64,000 bases of DNA, from the NCBI GenBank assembly GCA_963818475.1, contig CAWFSF010000005.1:384001-448000 (forward strand). The letters run 5' to 3'. Under the pieces are notes generated by a model. That model was not told the origin of the DNA, made no database searches, and saw only the letters and a program-made list of their open reading frames with translations. The DNA is from Nitrospirota bacterium. GTDB taxonomy: Bacteria > Nitrospirota > UBA9217. Shown one piece after another: positions 20,275-32,683 of the stretch (within the stretch, counting starts at the first letter, position 1; each line of letters begins with the position of its first letter). A program made the translations under genes and the position numbers.

Positions 20275-21828
20275 TCACTCTGCTGTATTTTCGGTATTTT
20301 GCGGAAAAACTTCTCGTTGATCATAACGATACCGATCTAACTTTCTCAAGTCTCGTGCTAGTGGTTGTTTTGGACTCGACATGAACTCTTTTACACTAGG
20401 AGCTTTCCTAAATCCCGTATAGAAGGCGTAATCAAGCATATATGCTTCATACTTCTCACCTGCAGTTGTAGGTGTTATGCCTGGATGTAAAATATGAATG
20501 AATCGTAGATCGCTTACTTTTTTAATTAATTTATATCGTTCATCCGAGCTATCAAGTTTAACAAGAAAAGCGTTACGCTTAATTTCCTTTAGGCAATAAT
20601 CCTTTATGTCATTGACAATATCTATAACGAGCGTTGCCGCCTCGGCTACATCATCTGACACATAATTTTCTTTCTCCGTTAAAGAATCAGCGGCGGCCAT
20701 GTTTATATCCATTACCGCAACATTAGTACGTCCGGCTGCAAGTGCTTTTGTAATTGCATTATTAAAAATATAGAGAGCATCTCGTGGAACGCCAGCTGCA
20801 ACCCATACGAGTCTTGAAAGAGCCGCTTTTCCGGCTATGCTCGCTATGCTAGGAATTCCAACATATTTCACATAGCTATCAAGTATCAAATGCAAGTGAT
20901 TAAGTGCTTCACCTGGATTGACTAAGTTATAATCAAGTCGTATTACCTGAGCATCGCCGGGGGTCTGAAGTCCTTCATTTGTTTGTTCATGTAAAAGCGT
21001 TGTTAGGTTTTCAATGGACGTAATTTTTAAATAAATGCTGTTCCCTCGTGCGAACGAATAGATTGTTGATAAAAAATAGGGTTGAATCGTTGGATGTAAC
21101 AGGTGAAGATCATCCAAAAATAAATAAAAATGTCCAAACTTGCGCACGAATGGCAAAAAATCGCGTGCAAAAATAGGTAATTTTTGATTAATTTCTCTTT
21201 TTGTAAGTTGTTCTCCCTTGTTTTCAAGAGCAATAATAATATCTTTGAGCCGTTGTATCCGATTCACATCAGCTTCTGAGTACTCCGAAATTGCATCAAC
21301 TATTTCATAAAGAACCTGAGGAATAACTAATAGATCATCTCTCCCGCTGTATTGCTGGAGAGCGATCCAGGCAAAAGGTCTCTTCTCGCGTTTAGCTTGA
21401 TGACATGCATAAAGTACCAAACTTGATTTCCCTGCGCCGCGTCGGCCAAAAACTACGTGGTTAGCTTCGCTGTATATCCGTCGCTCCTCACCTCCTAAAA
21501 ATGGAATGAATTTTTTGTGAAAATCGGAGTCGAGTGTTGCTTTGCCGACAGTAAGCGATTCTGACAGTATACGTTGAAGAAGTTGAATCTCATTAGATTT
21601 GAGCCACGATTTTGGTATGACTGTCTTCAAGAATACGTGCTCTGAATATTTATTGTTCGACCCCATCTCATTACGAATAAGTGAAAGAGCATTTGTATAA
21701 ATCTCGTTGATATGCCCTACGTGGATTGCTAAAAAATCTTCGCCTGCCTTGTCAATTATTTGCCAGTTAGGGGTAGTAATGTTGCACACAGCAGCAAAAC
21801 GATTAATAAACTGTTTGGCTTGATCCAT
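20275..21828 (-). CDS. P-loop ATPase (ORC/Cdc6-like AAA)
   Basis: Walker A GRRGAGKS, Walker B FYLFLDD, AGVPRD motif; AT-rich. Confidence 0.8.
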   Translation of the reverse strand: MDQAKQFINRFAAVCNITTPNWQIIDKAGEDFLAIHVGHINEIYTNALSLIRNEMGSNNKYSEHVFLKTVIPKSWLKSNEIQLLQRILSESLTVGKATLDSDFHKKFIPFLGGEERRIYSEANHVVFGRRGAGKSSLVLYACHQAKREKRPFAWIALQQYSGRDDLLVIPQVLYEIVDAISEYSEADVNRIQRLKDIIIALENKGEQLTKREINQKLPIFARDFLPFVRKFGHFYLFLDDLHLLHPTIQPYFLSTIYSFARGNSIYLKITSIENLTTLLHEQTNEGLQTPGDAQVIRLDYNLVNPGEALNHLHLILDSYVKYVGIPSIASIAGKAALSRLVWVAAGVPRDALYIFNNAITKALAAGRTNVAVMDINMAAADSLTEKENYVSDDVAEAATLVIDIVNDIKDYCLKEIKRNAFLVKLDSSDERYKLIKKVSDLRFIHILHPGITPTTAGEKYEAYMLDYAFYTGFRKAPSVKEFMSSPKQPLARDLRKLDRYRYDQREVFPQNTENTAE

Positions 21829-22322
21829 TATGAGATTGCTCCTAGTGTTATCAAATAATTGCGCGCTACCTGGTGGAATCTTCGCGCTTCTGAAACGTAT
21901 GTGTGGCTTGTGAGTTCTAATGCCTGTTCAGATACCGTATGGTCGTAATCGGCAAGATTTCGATCAGCTCTAAATTTAATGAGAAAATCTTCCCATGTCG
22001 ATTTATCTGGAAAGTTATTTGGTAATTCACCGATCTTTTTATGGTCAGTAGGCTCTGTATTGTAATAACCGCTGGACTTGAGCCTAACTGCTCGGCTCAT
22101 ACAGTAAGTACTATAATAGCCTCGTGAGACTCTTTGCCGCCAGCTTGATTGACCTGCAGCCGACTCTGCAAATAGTAGATGTGAGCGGCTAAGATTGACT
22201 AATTGCTGGACGTTTTCATTTATAGCAGCTTGTATTTTTCCCAGTTCCCCAGCGTCCAGAATGGATTCAAGGCACCTCATTGTTTTTTGCAGATTGATAT
22301 TTAAAAGGTGATTATCGTCCAT
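21828..22322 (-). CDS. HEPN-like protein
   Basis: VSRGYYSTYCMSRA ... DH ... RADRNLADY; stop overlaps ATPase start (TAATG). Confidence 0.7.
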   Translation of the reverse strand: MDDNHLLNINLQKTMRCLESILDAGELGKIQAAINENVQQLVNLSRSHLLFAESAAGQSSWRQRVSRGYYSTYCMSRAVRLKSSGYYNTEPTDHKKIGELPNNFPDKSTWEDFLIKFRADRNLADYDHTVSEQALELTSHTYVSEARRFHQVARNYLITLGAIS

Positions 22323-22369
22323 TGGAGTATTCCATTCATATTACTGCAGATTTTTATTTAAACTTATTA

Positions 22370-22480
22370 TTCCACACAGCTTGCTGCGTGGTCACCTTAT
22401 AGAGGGAAGAGTAAGAGAAACCGCTGGTTTCTCAGTTGAACAATTTTCATTTATACCCTGTCAGCTTGCTGCAGGTATTG
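22370..22480. mobile_element. Miniature element with two CAGC-TT-GCTG hairpins (IS200/IS605-end-like)
   Basis: ccacacagcttgctgcgtgg and ataccctgtcagcttgctgcaggtat, ~85 bp apart. Confidence 0.45.
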
Positions 22481-22741
22481 ATTCGAAAGAACTATATCAT
22501 AATATAGGCTGATTGAGAATATAAAATAGGGTTGACAAGGACTGTAAAAGTATGTACCTCGAAACACAGGGGCTTAATGATATATAACGTTGTGTCCTAA
22601 GTGAACTATTACTGCCTATATCGATAAGTCAATTTCAGACACCCCAATGATCGGTCCATCGGCCTTAAGCATTGACGAACGCATCCATAAAAAACTCCAT
22701 AAAGTTCCTCGTAGGACACAACGTACCAAAGTGCTCTCCAG

Positions 22742-23236
22742 TCACTTAAATTTATCGGCTTCAGCAAGAATGGCGCTTAAGAACTCTGTTTCTGCTGTTT
22801 GTAGGCCAGCGAGAGCACTTTCCATCTCTTTAACCACTATGTTTTTGTCATCAGCAGACGCAATATTAAAACCTTTACCAGACATAGAAGATAGTAACGC
22901 ACGGTAAGAAAAAACCTTATCAAGGAACGGCCTCACTTGAGGGAAATACATATTCACCTGCAAAAGCGTTTTGTCGTAAGCTTTTCCCTCATCACGATTA
23001 TCATTACTCATCTTTAGGAGAGCTGATCCGGGTATTTTCCCTTTAAAATAGGTCAATGCGTTTTCATGATGTATATTCATCATTCGACAATACCGGTGTG
23101 CGCTTATATAAAGCTCTGCTGCATTATTGCGCATGAGCAAACGCTTTTCTTTTTTTGCAGCCAATTTATGAGCAAGTGTGGCGGATACCACACCACTCAT
23201 CAAAATAGTCAATACAGGAAATATCCATGAGTTCAT
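22742..23236 (-). CDS. Hypothetical protein with N-terminal TM
   Basis: 164 aa; MNSWIFPVLTILMSGVVSATLA; RBS gagg. Confidence 0.65.
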   Translation of the reverse strand: MNSWIFPVLTILMSGVVSATLAHKLAAKKEKRLLMRNNAAELYISAHRYCRMMNIHHENALTYFKGKIPGSALLKMSNDNRDEGKAYDKTLLQVNMYFPQVRPFLDKVFSYRALLSSMSGKGFNIASADDKNIVVKEMESALAGLQTAETEFLSAILAEADKFK

Positions 23237-23408
23237 ATGTTATCCTCGATATACCTTGGAAGTGTATCCTATACTTTGCGAACGTTGTTTCTTTCTAGGC
23301 TTTCTCAAGTCCTACTGCTCAGTAAAGGGGAAGCAACCTTAGACACAATGTCATATTTGTTCATAATGCACTAAATTCATCAAGGTCCCAAGGAGCTCCC
23401 CTTAATGA

Positions 23409-25249
23409 TCATTTTCCTTGATGATCCACAACTCTTTTCAGTGCCAGACGAATACGCTGTCTATCTATAAATACCTTTGAAACGACTACATTCAAGCCCT
23501 GTCCTCTGACGACATTTTTTTCAAAATCAGCATACTCAAAACCTCCCAGAATCATTTCTTCTTTTGGAATATGCCCTGTTAGCCCTTCTGGAAGGCTGAC
23601 ACTAACAAAATTTGGCGTGACTGCCTGAACGATGGCACTCAATTCTTTTCCTTTTGGAAGCCGCTTATGAATTTTTGGCCAAGGATTCTGTTCCAAGCGA
23701 CGGATGCTGCCTTTAATGATCCTGCGCTCAACAGACCGTTCGTATATCATGATTTTTTTCCGGCCATTTAAAATATCGTTTGCTTCAGACTCATCTGAAC
23801 CGAGCCAATCCACTTCATGCTTCGGTATAAATATTTCGATATTGTCGCAATAATCCCCTACATAGTTAGAACCAGTGACACCCACTATATCGACTTCGAT
23901 GACATCATTAACCTTAGGCAGCTTTTCCGACTTCCAAGGATCTTCATCAGGGAATCGAAGTGATAGACTCAGTTTACTTTGATTTTTATCTATTGTTTGC
24001 ACTCTGAATTGGTATGTAGATCCAATATGCAAAACATCGCTGCACTTAGCTATTGATCGCCACGAACATTCATTTTTATAAATGACTGCATTTAATCCCT
24101 GCACGTCAACAAGTGTTGCACTTTGAGATATGTCTAGTACGACCCCTTTTACAAAGCTGCCCTCCTTTATAGAAAGAGCCGTTAGCTTTTCTTCAAAACT
24201 ATTATCAGAAGAGAGCTTATTCCTGCGTAAAAGAGATATTTCAAACACCTTACCATTCTTAATATTATCCGAACTCTTGATGCTAATCTTATTTGTCTTG
24301 ATTAACGTCAGCCTTACATCACCGTCAATTGCCGAGATAAGCCTTTCAGAAAAATCATGTGCCTCAGGGTACGCGATTACATATATAGAGTCGCAGCCCT
24401 GTCTCAATTTGACGTTTATTGCCTGCAAGTAAGGAGTAACTCCTAATTCCTCAGCTTTTTTGGTTTTTGCCAGCAGACAATGCCTGCGCGAACTTCAGAA
24501 CTGAGATACTCAAGGCACATTTCTTCGCCAATCTCTCGGTTCGCCAACTTGACTAAATATTCTACAAACAATAGAATTTCATTAGTTTTGTCTACTCCAA
24601 TAATATCATCGTAAAGCGTTGCGCCTAATAAATTTAGCTCTTCTAAAAATATAGTAAGAAATATTCCGTTATCATCCAGCCTGATGAGCTTCACAATAAG
24701 ATCAGCCACACTCTTGTTTTTCTCGATTTCGGGATTGAGAAAATATCGTTGAAAGATTGGGCGTGCGTGTTTGCCAAGCTTATCTGCGAGATTCCGGAGA
24801 ATTGTAAGATCAATCGCTGTTTGGGCATATGGCTCTAAATATGCTCGTAAATCAGCACAAACTACATGTGGTAGTGCAACTCTGGTGGCTGCCAATATAT
24901 TCCGAGTTTGATCATTCGTTTCTTCAAGACGCAATATCAATGTACCGTCCTGCAAAAATGTAGGATCAGAAATAGATGTTACCCACTTAATCTTAATTTT
25001 CGTGTCTGCCATGGATGGCATGAAAGGCTTAACATGTTTCTTAAGAAATTCTGTCGCAGTATATCCGACTTCGGAGGCTAAATACTCTTTTGAACCCCAT
25101 TTAAAAAGCAAAAATAATGGTTTAAAGATGAGTGCCTTTAACTTTTCCGCTCGATCTGGATCATGAATGACGAGCAATAGAGCTACCAGAAGGACGCCGG
25201 GTAGCCCATATGATAATATAATTTTCATAATTTCCTTTGCGACTTCCAT
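23409..25249 (-). CDS. Membrane-anchored protein with three C-terminal S1 RNA-binding domains (~613 aa; one-base frameshift ~24477)
   Basis: N-term TM; junction reads I-x-LLAKTKKAEELGVTPYLQAINV; three OB-like repeats with LSLSLR..DPW / SIRRLEQNPW / IRLALKR ends. Confidence 0.72.
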
Positions 25250-25476
25250 TACTTCCTCCTAGTTGCTGCTTGGTCTATGCACTCTGGAAGATTACAATAG
25301 AAAATCAGGCCAGGCTCCTTAACAATCAAAGCCCCCATGTTTTCCCAGTTCATAACTTGAGAACACGATTCACATGTTAGTTTTCCTTGGTCCATCTTTT
25401 CGGATAGATGGTATTTTTGTAGTATATCCCGTAGGTCTCTATCTCTTACGGCAGACACTTCTACTTTTTCTCGCAT
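25249..25476 (-). CDS. Small Cys4 Zn-finger-like protein
   Basis: CESC...CNLPEC; stop overlaps next start at 25249; RBS aggag. Confidence 0.72.
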   Translation of the reverse strand: MREKVEVSAVRDRDLRDILQKYHLSEKMDQGKLTCESCSQVMNWENMGALIVKEPGLIFYCNLPECIDQAATRRK

Positions 25477-25817
25477 AAGCTATTATCTCCTTTCATAAAC
25501 TAGTAGCAGAGGCAGTAGGGCCAGGCCAAAATTTGAAATACAAAGGGACGTTGTTGTTGAAATTGCGTCGTGCGAATCTAACAGAACTGAATGGATCTTC
25601 GGCATGGTGCTGAATGCACTCAACAATTTGTTGCATGATTGTAACTGATTTACTGTTCTCCGTCACCTGTCAGAAGTGACAGGTACCCGTTTTTCTAATA
25701 AAAACTTCCTTGGGAGCACTACTGTTGTTAGGACCGTGGTCCCAACTGCACCCGCGCAGTCCGGACTAACTTTGAGCCGTTAATGCTTTTGATGCTGTTC
25801 ATCCCGATCAGGTTCAG

Positions 25818-25850
25818 AAAAAAACCGGCAGAGATAGTATCTCTGCCGGC
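25818..25850 (-). terminator. Rho-independent terminator of groESL
   Basis: gccggcagagat-act-atctctgccggt followed by T-run on minus strand. Confidence 0.8.
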
Positions 25851-25895
25851 CTTCGTGTTTCAGTTCCTCGTGAAAGGAAACTTCGTTCATGTATC

Positions 25896-27550
<1,655 letters not shown>

Positions 27551-27664
27551 ATAATATTTCCTCCTTGGAAATCTTATTATTTTTTCGCCACGAAGGCGCG
27601 AAGTCACAAAGGGAATCAGGCTTATTGTCCGGCTTTCTCAGCATCTTAGTGTCGCTGGCAGAAT

Positions 27665-27934
27665 TTCTAGCCAGGATGCCCAGTACGTCTTCTTCTTTCA
27701 CGATCAGGTACTCGATGTTGTCGATGTTGATCTTGGAACCGGAATAGCGATCGAAGAGGATCTTGTCGCCGACCTTCAGCTGACTTCACTTCCTCGCCGA
27801 CGGCCTCGACCTTGCCCGCTCTGCGGCTTTTCTTTTGCGCTGTCGGGGATGTAGAGACCTCCTGCGGTCTTTTCCAGCTCCTCGGTATAGCTTACAAATA
27901 CCCTGTCCTTCAACGGCTTGAATTTGACGCTCAT
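27665..27934 (-). CDS. groS: Co-chaperonin GroES (frameshifted; end approximate)
   Basis: [14 protein letters not shown]...[17 protein letters not shown]...[14 protein letters not shown]...[13 protein letters not shown]. Confidence 0.92.
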
Positions 27935-27997
27935 CTTGCAACTCCTTTCGTGTAAAATAATTATATCCTCTTGCTTACGCTACTATTCTACCACAAG

Positions 27998-28024
27998 TTA
28001 GCACTCATTGGAAGCGAGTGCTAA
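27998..28024. promoter_or_regulatory. CIRCE element (HrcA operator)
   Basis: Perfect TTAGCACTC-N9-GAGTGCTAA upstream of groES. Confidence 0.97.
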
Positions 28025-28152
28025 TATATTGCCTGGCAAGTAAAAAAGCAAACGCTGATTTTAGGCAAATTATGCTAATTTTAGTTAGTATTTAGCTGTT
28101 TTAGCCAGATTTCTCACATAATGCTGATTTTTAATAACATTATGATAAAAAG

Positions 28153-28183
28153 AAAAAGCAGGGCTAATAAAGCCCTGCTTTTT
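28153..28183. terminator. Rho-independent terminator after ctpA
   Basis: aaaaagcagggc-taataaa-gccctgcttttt. Confidence 0.8.
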
Positions 28184-28209
28184 CAATTAGTTACTTATTT
28201 TCTGAACTG

Positions 28210-29610
28210 CTACTCGTTTTTCTTTTTCACTTCTACGGCAGCTTTCTTGGCACGGCACGATTCTTGAAAACATCCTCTGCCTTCGTCGCCGTTTTCAGGA
28301 TCTCGATCGCCTTCTGGATCTGGATGTCGTCCTTCTCGTCCTTGGGCACGACCTCCATGAGCGAAATCATCCTCTCCGCCGCGTGCTCGTGCTTCTTTCT
28401 TCTTTTTCTCTTCCTTCACCGTATCGTTCTTCAGATGCCGGTCAAGGTCCTTCTCCCTGACGACCATGACATGGACCGCCTCGCCGTCCTTCGCTTCCTT
28501 GATCGTCGGCAGTTTCACCTCGAGGTCGGGGGTGATGCCCACATTCTGGATCGAGCGGCCGCTCGGCGTATAATACTTGGCCGTGGTCAGCCGGATGCCG
28601 CGTGCCGTTCTCGAGCGGGAACACGGTCTGGACCGATCCCTTGCCGAAGGTCTGGGTGCCGACGATCAGCGCCCGCTTCGAATCCTGCAGCGCCCCTGCC
28701 ACGATCTCCGACGCGCTCGCGCTGCCGGTGTTCACGAGAATCACGATCGGATAGTCCCGCGGAGTTTCCGTCGCTCGTGGTGAGATAGTCCTTCCGGTCG
28801 CTCTTCTGCCTGCCCTGGAGATAGACGACCAGCTTGTCCTTGGGCAGGAACTGCCGCTCACATCGACCGACGCGTCCAGGATGCCTCCCGGGTTATTGCG
28901 CATGTCGAGGACCAGCTTCTTCATGCCCTTTGCCTCCAGCTCCTTGAGCGCCTTCTCCAGCTCGATCGGCCGTCTGGCCCTGGAACTGGATGATCTTCAC
29001 ATAGCCGATATCGTTGTCCAGCATTTTCGATTTGACGCTCTGCACCTTGATGATGTCGCGGGTGATCTTGAATTCCTTCGGCTTGTCCCATCCTTCGCGC
29101 TGGATCGTGCAGCCGCACCTGCGTGTTCTTGGGGCCGCGCATCTTGTCCACGGCCTGCTCGATCGACAGGTCCTTGGTCCATTCATCGTTGATCTTGACG
29201 ATCTTGTCGCCTGCCAGCAGTCCGGCGCGGTCCCCGGGCGTGCCCTCGATCGGCGCGATGATCGTCAGCATGCGCGTTCTTGATCCCGATCTGGATGCCG
29301 ACGCCCTGGAACTCGCCCTTGATGTCCATGCTCATTTCCTTGAACGCCCGCTCGGCCATATAGGACGAGTGCGGGTCAAGGCTCGACACCATGCCCCGGA
29401 TGGCGCCCTGGATCAGCTCCTTGGAGTCCGGGTCCTCCACGTAGTTGCGCTTGACCAGCTCGAGCGCCTGCGTAAACGCCTTCAGGTCCTCGTACGTATC
29501 GGACTTGGCCTGGACCAGCTTCCTGGCCGATCAGTATGCCGGTCGTAAGCAGGACAGCGCTGCAGCAGCAGACGACGCCGCCAGAACTTCTTTTTGTTGA
29601 TCCTGATCAT
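28210..29610 (-). CDS. ctpA: S41 carboxyl-terminal protease (multiple frameshifts)
   Basis: SLDPHSSY, PDZ APIEGTP, LDMRNNPGG, SASASEIVAGALQD, TFGKGSVQ across frames. Confidence 0.9.
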
Positions 29611-29689
29611 GTCATCTTCCTCCGCATCGTTATGCATAGTTTGCCTCCGGAACGGCTGTTCGCGAACGACCGGTCGTGTACCCGGCCGC

Positions 29690-30880
29690 CTAGTTGTTTC
29701 GTCAGCCAGGCCGAGCGGGTCCTGCGCCTCGCCTTTGCGGCGTATCTCGAAATACAGCTTCGGACCCTTTCAGGCTTCCCGTATCGCCCACGCAGGCCCA
29801 CGACCTGACCCTTGCCCACCCGGTCGCCCTTGGCCAGGGCGATCTGGGACAGATTGCCGTAGAGCGAATAAAGACCGGCGGCCATGCTCGATGATGACCA
29901 GCTTTCCGTACCCCTTGTACCAGTCCGCAAAAGCGACCTGCCCGTCGTTGACCGCCCGAACCGTATCGCCCTCGCGCGCTCCGATCTCGATGCCCCGCCG
30001 GAAGACCATGGTCTTGAACTGGGGATGGCGCTGCATCCCGAAGCGCGTCAGCACCTGTCCTTCCACCGGCCAGGGAAACCGGATCCGTGCCGGCGGCCGC
30101 CGCGCTGCGCTCCGCCGGCTGCTTCCGGGCCGTCCTGCCCGTCTTGCTCCTCCTGCTTGATCATGGCCCAGAGGCTGGCCGAGGATTCTTCGAGCTCGCG
30201 CAGCGTCTGTTCGTACACGCCCTTTTTGCTCCTGACCGAGTTGAGGATCACCGCTTTTTCCCTGCGCCGGGCTAGAAGCTCGGCCTTCTGGGCCTCCACG
30301 GCCAGCTTGCGCCGGGAGATCTCCTCTTTCCTGCCCGCGGTCTCGGCCTGGAGAGCGGACAGCCGGTCAAGCGCCATGCCGTACTGGCTGATGACGGCAC
30401 GGTCGCGTTCGGCAATGATGCCGAGGTACTTCATCCGCTTCAGCGCCGTATAAAAGCTGTCCGACGTGAGGATGGCCACGGCATAGCTGTTCCGGCTCAT
30501 CTTGTACAGCGCCCGGATCCGCCGGCCGTAGGTTTGCTGCAGGCCGGCCAGTTCCCGGCTCAGCTCGCTGTTGCTCTTTTCCATTCCCCGCAGGGCGTCC
30601 TCCGCCTCGCGAAGCTTCGCCGGTTGTCGGCAAGCTCCGCGTGTCCCTTGCTGCATGCTCCGGTCAAGCTGGTCCAGTTCTGCCAGGATCGAGCGCTCCT
30701 TGCCGTCGCGCCCGCTTGAGCTCCGTTTTCTTCTCCTGCATCTGGCTGCTTGAGCCGCTGCAGTTCCTTCTTGCTGCGGCCGTCCGCAGCGGACTGTCGG
30801 CCCGGCATACGGAAGAGCTCCCCTGCAGCCAGGCCCAGGGCGACCACGGAAAACGATCATGCTCAAGCGCGCGGGATCGT
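29690..30880 (-). CDS. envC: Murein hydrolase activator EnvC family (coiled coil + M23; frameshifted, ends approximate)
   Basis: Coiled coil; GIEIGAREG..VRAVNDGQVAFADWYKGYGKLVIIEH; follows ftsX. Confidence 0.85.
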
Positions 30881-30944
30881 CATTCGTTCTCGGCCGACCG
30901 ATGACCCTGCATCCCCTCTCCCTGCGGCGTGCCACTGTTCCCGT

Positions 30945-31835
30945 CTATTCCAGGAACTTGCCGACGGACACCAGCCTCCGGCCAATCCGAGCAGGCCGCC
31001 GCCAGCGATCATATAGGCCACCACCGGCAGGGGCAGGAAATCGAGCCCGTCGGCTGCGACAGGAACAGGACCACCTCGTGCGGAAGCGCGTAATAGAGCC
31101 CCGACAGGATGCCGACGGAGAGGGCCGTGCCGAGCATCGCAAGCATCATGCCCTCGATCAGAAACGGCCCCTGGATGAACCCGCGGGTGGCGCCGATCCA
31201 CTGCATCAGCTCGATCTCCTGCCCGCGCGAGTAGAGCGCCAGCCGAACGGAGTTCGAGATGATGAACACGACCGACACGCCGAGCAGCACCGCGAGCGCC
31301 GTGCCGCCGTAGGTGATGAGCTTGAAGCAGGCCCGCCCAGCAGTTCCGCGCCCTGCCTGCCGTAGGACACGTCCTCCACGCCGGGATAGCCGGAGAATTT
31401 GCCCGCCAGCGCTTCGAGACGTCTCGCCATTCGCATAGCTGCGGTCAATGTTCACCTCGAAGGAATCAGGAAGCGGGTTCTCGCCCAGCCCCTCGATGCA
31501 GTGACTCCTGCCCTTCAGCTCTTTTTTGAACAGCGTCCAGGGCCTCGCTCTTTGGACAGATAGGTCACCTTCCGGACGCCCGGCTCCGCCTTCAGCCGGC
31601 TCTGCAGGAAGTCCCTCTCCTGCTCGGTCAGTCCGTCCTTCAGGTATACCGACACCTCCAGCCGTTCGCCCATGACCCGGACCGACGCCTGCAGATTAAT
31701 GAATACCAGCAGAAAGAAGCCGACGATCAGCATGACCATGCTGATCGTGCCGAGGGCCAGAAGGTTCACGAGGCTGTTGGCGCGGAGCCCCCGGAACGCC
31801 TCGGCGATATAGTAGAAGAACCCGTAGCCTTTCAC
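30945..31835 (-). CDS. ftsX: Cell division ABC permease FtsX (frameshifted)
   Basis: IISNSVRLALYSRGQEIELMQWIGATRGFIQGPFLIEG; NPLPDSF. Confidence 0.9.
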
Positions 31836-32574
31836 GGCTCCCCCTTGCGGACCGGTCCTTGCGGGCCCTCGTCCGCGGGCGGGCGGAGGGAAAGCGACCA
31901 TTGCACATGCCGCTTGCCGTCATCGGTCACCCTGCCCCGCTCCATCGTGATGATCCTGCGCTGCATCTTTCTGACCGTTTCCCAGTCGTGCGTGGCAACG
32001 AGCACGGTCGTGCCCTTCATGTTGACCTCCCGGAAGAGGTCGAAGACTTCCTGGCCGCTCTGCGGGTCGAGGTTGCCCGTGGGTTCGTCGGCGAGCAGGA
32101 CCAGCGGCTCGTTCACGAGCGCCCGCGCCACGGCGACCCGCTGCTGCTCGCCGCCCGACAGCTTGGGCGGCGTCAGGTGCTGTCTTTTTCTCCATGCCAA
32201 CTTTCTTCAGCACCTGGTAGGTCCGCCGCTCGATATCTCCGTAGGGAGTGCCGACCACCTTCAGGGCAAGGGCGATGTTCTCGAAGATGGTCTTGTGGGG
32301 AAGGAGTTTGTAGTCCTGGAACACGAAGCCCGATGTTGCGCCTGAGATAGGGAATGCTCGAGGAGTCGAGCCGGAAGGTGTTCATGCCCTGGATGATGAT
32401 CTGGCCCTCGTCGGCATGCTCGGCGCAGAAGAGGATCTTGAGCAGGGTGGTCTTGCCGGCCCCGCTGGGGCCCGGTGACGAAGACAAACTCGCCCTTTAT
32501 CGACGGAAAAGCTTACTGTCGCGCAGGGCAGGGACGCCTTCGTAATGTTTGGTCACCCGGTAGAGCTGGATCAT
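31832..32574 (-). CDS. ftsE: Cell division ATP-binding protein FtsE (frameshifted)
   Basis: [43 protein letters not shown]. Confidence 0.92.
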
Positions 32575-32683
32575 TCTCTTACATGACACCTAACCCGGAC
32601 AAGCCTGAACAAAAAGATGTCTCTGACGCAGGAAACTGCTTTTCGATTCCGCAATCCGAAATCTCGCAATCCGCAATTCGAAT

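Noticed and set aside
20275-22740. Retron (ATPase + HEPN + upstream non-coding gap)
   Set aside because: No reverse transcriptase gene in the window
23409-24428. Ribosomal protein S1 gene (rpsA)
   Set aside because: Only three divergent S1 repeats, apparently fused to a TM protein, AT-rich and in an accessory island
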